The notes under the pieces: generated by a model
The model's input: only the letters and a program-made list of their open reading frames with translations
Told to the model about the DNA's origin: nothing
Databases searched by the model: none
Shown here: in pieces, positions 56,197 through 64,000 of the stretch
Position numbering within the stretch: the first letter of the stretch is position 1
How the letters are laid out: the number at the start of each line of letters is the position of its first letter
Assembly: GCA_050287605.1 (NCBI GenBank)
Contig: JBNKCG010000026.1
Coordinates: forward strand, 76,123 to 140,122
DNA from: Gammaproteobacteria bacterium
Lineage (GTDB): Bacteria > Pseudomonadota > Gammaproteobacteria > QQUJ01
Direction of reading: 5' to 3'
Length of the DNA: 64,000 nt
Translations under genes and position numbers: made by a program

Positions 56197-57072
56197 ATGC
56201 TGCTGCGCATACTCTCCATCGTCTTCCCCATCTTCGCCATTGTCGCAGCGGGCTATCTCTACGCGCGCTTGAAGAAACCGGACATCACCTTCGCCAACCA
56301 GCTCAATATGGACGTGTTCGTGCCGGCGCTGCTGTTCGGCGTGCTGTCGGCTAAGAATTTCGAACTCGGCCTCTACCAGCACCTGGCGATCGGCGCGCTG
56401 CTCGTAGTGCTCGGCTCGGGCTTGCTGGCGGTCCCGGTGGCGCGCCTCGCCGGCGTCCCGCTGAAGACCTTTGTTCCGCCGATGATGTTCACCAACTCGG
56501 GCAACATGGGACTGCCGCTGGCGGTTTTCGCCTTCGGCGAGCAGGCACTGCCGGCGGCCGTCGTGCTATTCATCGTCGAAAACGGCCTGCATTTCACTCT
56601 GGGCACCTACATCATGGATCACCGAGCCCATTGGCTGGACGTACTGCGCATGCCGATCGTGGTGGCGACGCTGGCCGGTATCGTGTTCAGCGTCACCGGC
56701 TGGACGCTGCCGCAGCCGGTCAACGTGACCATCGAGATGCTGGGTCAAGTGTCGATTCCGCTGCTGCTGTTCTCGCTGGGCGTGCGGCTCATCCACGTCG
56801 ACTTCAGCGATTGGCGCATCGGCCTGCTCGGCGCCGCGCTGTGCCCGCTCGCCGGCATCGCCATCGCGTGGCTGCTGCTGCAGGTGCTGACCCTGCCGCC
56901 CATGCAGGAGCGTCTGCTGCTGGTGTTCGGCGCACTGCCGCCGGCGGTGCTCAATTACGTGGTCGCCGAGCGCTACCGCCAGGAGCCCCAACGCGTCGCC
57001 TCCATCGTCATGCTCGGCAACCTGGCGAGCTTCGTCAGCATCCCCCTGGTGCTCGCCTTCGCGCTCGCCTGA
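56197..57072 (+). CDS. AEC (auxin efflux carrier)-family transporter
   Basis: NSGNMGLPL, GQVSIPLLLFSLG, LPPAVLNYV; multiple TM helices. Confidence 0.9.
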   Translation: MLLRILSIVFPIFAIVAAGYLYARLKKPDITFANQLNMDVFVPALLFGVLSAKNFELGLYQHLAIGALLVVLGSGLLAVPVARLAGVPLKTFVPPMMFTNSGNMGLPLAVFAFGEQALPAAVVLFIVENGLHFTLGTYIMDHRAHWLDVLRMPIVVATLAGIVFSVTGWTLPQPVNVTIEMLGQVSIPLLLFSLGVRLIHVDFSDWRIGLLGAALCPLAGIAIAWLLLQVLTLPPMQERLLLVFGALPPAVLNYVVAERYRQEPQRVASIVMLGNLASFVSIPLVLAFALA

Positions 57073-57073
57073 G

Positions 57074-57928
57074 ATGAGCGCCGCGACCGGCATCGCCGCG
57101 GACTATCTGGCACTGGTCGCCGAGGCGGCGCGGGCCACGGCGCTGCCGCGCATTCGCGAGGTGTGGATTCCGCCGCCGCACGACGACCCGGCGATCAGCG
57201 CCGAGTTCGGCGCGGTGATCCTCGACGACGGCAGCGTAGGGCTGATGTTCGTGCTGCTGGCCGATACACTGGCGCAGATCGGCGCGCGCTTTGATCCGGC
57301 GACGCTGGCGGGCGTGGACCCGGTGGAGCTGGCCGCCGGCTTCGCCGCTTCCGATCCGGTGCGCAAGGCGCTGGGACTGGCCGCCGTCAACGCCATCGGC
57401 CAGCACGTACTGGCCCGCTCCGGCTGTCGGCTGGACACCGCCACCGACTCCATCGCCGACATCGCCCCGCAGCCGGGCGATCACGTTGGCATGGTGGGCT
57501 ACTTCCCGCCGCTGGTGCGCCGGCTGCGCGAACAGGCCATCGCGCTCACGGTCATCGAACTCAAGCCCGAGCTGGTGCAACGCGAGGGCGCCTTCGAAGT
57601 CACCCTCGACCCCGCCGCCCTGGGCCGCTGCAACAAAATCCTCTGCACCAGCACGCTGGTGCTCAACGACTCGGTCGACCGCATGCTCGAGCACTGCCGG
57701 CACGCCGAGCGCGTCGCCGTCATCGGCCCCAGCGCCGGGTTTCTGCCCGATCCGCTGTTCGCGCGCGGCGTCGACACGGTGGGCGGCAACCAGGTCGTCG
57801 ACGCGGTGCAGTTTCTCGACCACTGCAACCGCGGTGAGGCGTGGGGCGCCAGCGCCCGCAAATACGGTTTACGCCGTGACACCTACCCGGGCTATCGCGC
57901 GCTGCTGGGAAGGCTCGCCGCGCACTGA
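57074..57928 (+). CDS. DUF364 / Rossmann-like domain protein
   Basis: ALGLAAVNA, VGMVGYFPP, VIEL, CTSTLVLNDS, IGPSA. Confidence 0.8.
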   Translation: MSAATGIAADYLALVAEAARATALPRIREVWIPPPHDDPAISAEFGAVILDDGSVGLMFVLLADTLAQIGARFDPATLAGVDPVELAAGFAASDPVRKALGLAAVNAIGQHVLARSGCRLDTATDSIADIAPQPGDHVGMVGYFPPLVRRLREQAIALTVIELKPELVQREGAFEVTLDPAALGRCNKILCTSTLVLNDSVDRMLEHCRHAERVAVIGPSAGFLPDPLFARGVDTVGGNQVVDAVQFLDHCNRGEAWGASARKYGLRRDTYPGYRALLGRLAAH

Positions 57929-57969
57929 GCGCGCCGGTCTGCCACACTCGGTGGCAGGAGGAGCCCGCC

Positions 57970-59198
57970 ATGCCCTACCGTCCCAGGCCGCGCGGCACCC
58001 GCGCGCCGCTGCCGCCGAGCCAGCTACTGCCCGTCGTGATCGCGCTGGCATGCGCCGGGTGCGCCGCGGGCAACCGCCCCGCCACCGCCGCCTTCGAGCC
58101 GCCCGCGCTACGACTGCAATCCGTCGCAACCGGGCTTCCGGCTATCACCACCGTCACCAATGCCGGCGACGACAGCGACCGGCTGTTTCTCGCCACCCAG
58201 CGCGGCCAGGTGCTGGAGTTGCACAACTCCAAGGTCGGCGCCATACCGCTGCTGGATCTCAGCGCACACATCACCTGCTGCGGGGAACGCGGACTGCTGG
58301 GTCTCGCTTTTGATCCGCACTTTCGCGACAACGGCGCCTTCTACGTCGATTACACCGACACCGACGGCGCGAGCGTGGTAGCGCGTTTCCGCCTCCCGGA
58401 GGGCGACAGCTCCGTGAGTCCGGACAGCGGCGTAACGCTGCTGCGCGTCGCCCAGCCCACCCCCATTCACAACGGCGGCGCGCTGGCCTTCGGCCCCGAC
58501 GGCCTACTCTATATAGCCCTGGGCGACGGCGGCCACTTCGGCAACGAGGCCGACCGAACCGGCAACGACCCCACGCACCGCGCACAGCGTCTCGATACCC
58601 TGCTGGGCAAGATCCTCCGTATTGACGCGAGCGCCGGCGGAGCCTATCGCATCCCCGCCGACAACCCCTTCGTCAGCACCGCCGGCGCCCGCCCCGAGAT
58701 CTGGGCTTACGGCCTGCGCAACCCCTGGCGCATGAGCTTCGATCCCGCCACGGGCGATCTCTTCATCGCCGACGTGGGGCCGTCCAACTGGGAAGAGATC
58801 AACCGCATGCCGCGCGGCAGCGCCGGCACCAACTTCGGCTGGAGCAACATGCTGGGACCCGACTGTTTTGCCGAGTTCCATTGCAATACCCGCGCCTACA
58901 CTCCACCCATCCTGGTATACGACCACAGCTCAGGCTGCGCGGTGATCGGCGGCTACCGCTACCGGGGAAGCGCCATCCCAACACTGAGAGGCGTCTACGT
59001 GTTCGGGGATTTCTGCAACGGCGCCATTCGCGGCGGAAAACCGGGGACGGACGGGCGCTGGACGCAGTTCCATCTGCTTTCGACCGCGCTGCACATCAGT
59101 ACCTTCGGAGAAGATGAAGCAGGCGAACTCTACATGGCCGACTACGGCGACGGGAACGGAGCGCTTTATCGACTCGAACCGGAGCCGGCAGATTCTCG

Positions 59199-59202
<4 letters not shown>
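57970..59202 (+). CDS. PQQ-dependent sugar (glucose/sorbosone) dehydrogenase family, probable lipoprotein
   Basis: GERGLLGLAFDP, HNGGALAFGPDG, LGDGG, GKILRID, YGLRNPWR, DVG..WEEIN; lipobox-like LACAGC. Confidence 0.9.
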
Positions 59203-60575
<1,373 letters not shown>

Positions 60576-60605
60576 GGTGATCTGAACTCGTTGCGGGTTG
60601 ACGCC

Positions 60606-60621
60606 CTCTACAATTGTAGAG
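60606..60621. promoter_or_regulatory. Perfect 16-bp palindrome CTCTACAATTGTAGAG between divergent fumC and acnA
   Basis: Read directly; near the centre of a 70-bp intergenic gap. Confidence 0.6.
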
Positions 60622-60645
60622 AGTCCCCACCCCCGGGAGCCGCGC

Positions 60646-63384
<2,739 letters not shown>

Positions 63385-63436
63385 ACGCACGAGCAGCCGC
63401 GCTAGCGGCCGGAACAACGGCAGGGAGGAGCCGCGG

Positions 63437-64000
63437 ATGAAGACCCACCTTACCGGCGTGAAAGAGACCCTGCTGCTGCCGCTGTGGGCACGCGCCAGGG
63501 AGACCCAGCGCCACGATCCCATCGTCGAAGACCCCACCGCGGTCGAGCTGCTGCGTCGCATCGACTACGACTTCCGGCGTTTCGACCACGACTGGAAGTC
63601 CCAGGTGGCGGTCGCGGTGCGTACCCGCATCCTGGACGATGCCGTGAAGCACTTTCTGGCGTCCCACCCGCAAGCGCTGATCGTCAATCTGGGGGCCGGC
63701 CTGGACAGCCGTTTTCAGCGCCTCGACAACGGCACCGTGCAGTGGTTCGAACTGGATCTGCCCGAGGTCATCGCCTACCGCCGCGACCACTTTACCGAGA
63801 CCGAACGCTACCGCTTCATCGCCTGCTCGGTCATGGACACGACCTGGCTGGCACGCATCGAGCGCAGCGAACGCCCGCGGCTCCTCATCGCGGAGGGACT
63901 GCTCATGTATTTCCCGCGCTTCGAGGTGCGCAATTTGCTGCGCCGATTGGCGAAGACGTTTCCCGGCGCCGAAATGTTGCTGGAGGTGCTTGCCTTCGGC
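63437..64000 (+). CDS. Class I SAM-dependent methyltransferase, LCM/O-methyltransferase family (runs off the window end)
   Basis: Manual translation MKTHLTGVKETLLLPLWARARE...RTRILDD...VNLGAGLDSRF...WFELDLPEV...IAEGLLMY; RBS GGAGGAG. Confidence 0.88.
   Translation, partial: MKTHLTGVKETLLLPLWARARETQRHDPIVEDPTAVELLRRIDYDFRRFDHDWKSQVAVAVRTRILDDAVKHFLASHPQALIVNLGAGLDSRFQRLDNGTVQWFELDLPEVIAYRRDHFTETERYRFIACSVMDTTWLARIERSERPRLLIAEGLLMYFPRFEVRNLLRRLAKTFPGAEMLLEVLAFG

Overview
GC-rich bacterial chromosome segment, most likely a Gammaproteobacterium: the mutL-amiB-tsaE-nnr-queG-orn-rsgA and ffs-dnaX-ybaB-recR gene orders are typical of that class, and the sulfur-metabolism genes point to a Chromatiales-like lifestyle (inference). 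Layout: 1-12.4 kb is housekeeping plus an orphan RpfG-like REC/HD-GYP regulator. 12.5-31.1 kb, between the SRP RNA gene and tRNA-Ser(GGA), is an accessory block with a membrane-anchored LuxR regulator, a heme-b DOMON (EB_dh-like)/DUF2231 pair, a TctCBA transporter, an OFA-type MFS, pncA, pirin, a cytochrome c / octaheme Otr / cytochrome b / SQR / 56-aa small-protein sulfur redox cluster, and putR-putA. Next come tRNA-Ser with 185-bp tRNA-linked repeats, an uncharacterised Mo/W-bisPGD enzyme beside a two-subunit NAD-linked formate dehydrogenase, a B12-photoreceptor (CarH/LitR)-photolyase-fasciclin light module with a readable operator, DUF1631/HDOD, a livHMGF-small membrane protein-livK operon, AEC-DUF364-GSDH, divergent fumC/acnA and a truncated methyltransferase. 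No integrase, transposase or CRISPR array was seen. Best candidates for undescribed biology: (i) the Otr-cytochrome b-SQR-small protein module with a sigma-54 promoter, (ii) the TM-LuxR / tandem palindrome / EB_dh-DUF2231 heme module, (iii) the CarH operator sitting on a fasciclin promoter, (iv) tRNA-linked repeats carrying an antisense copy of the tRNA T-arm. All family assignments come from motif recognition by eye; no database searches were run.
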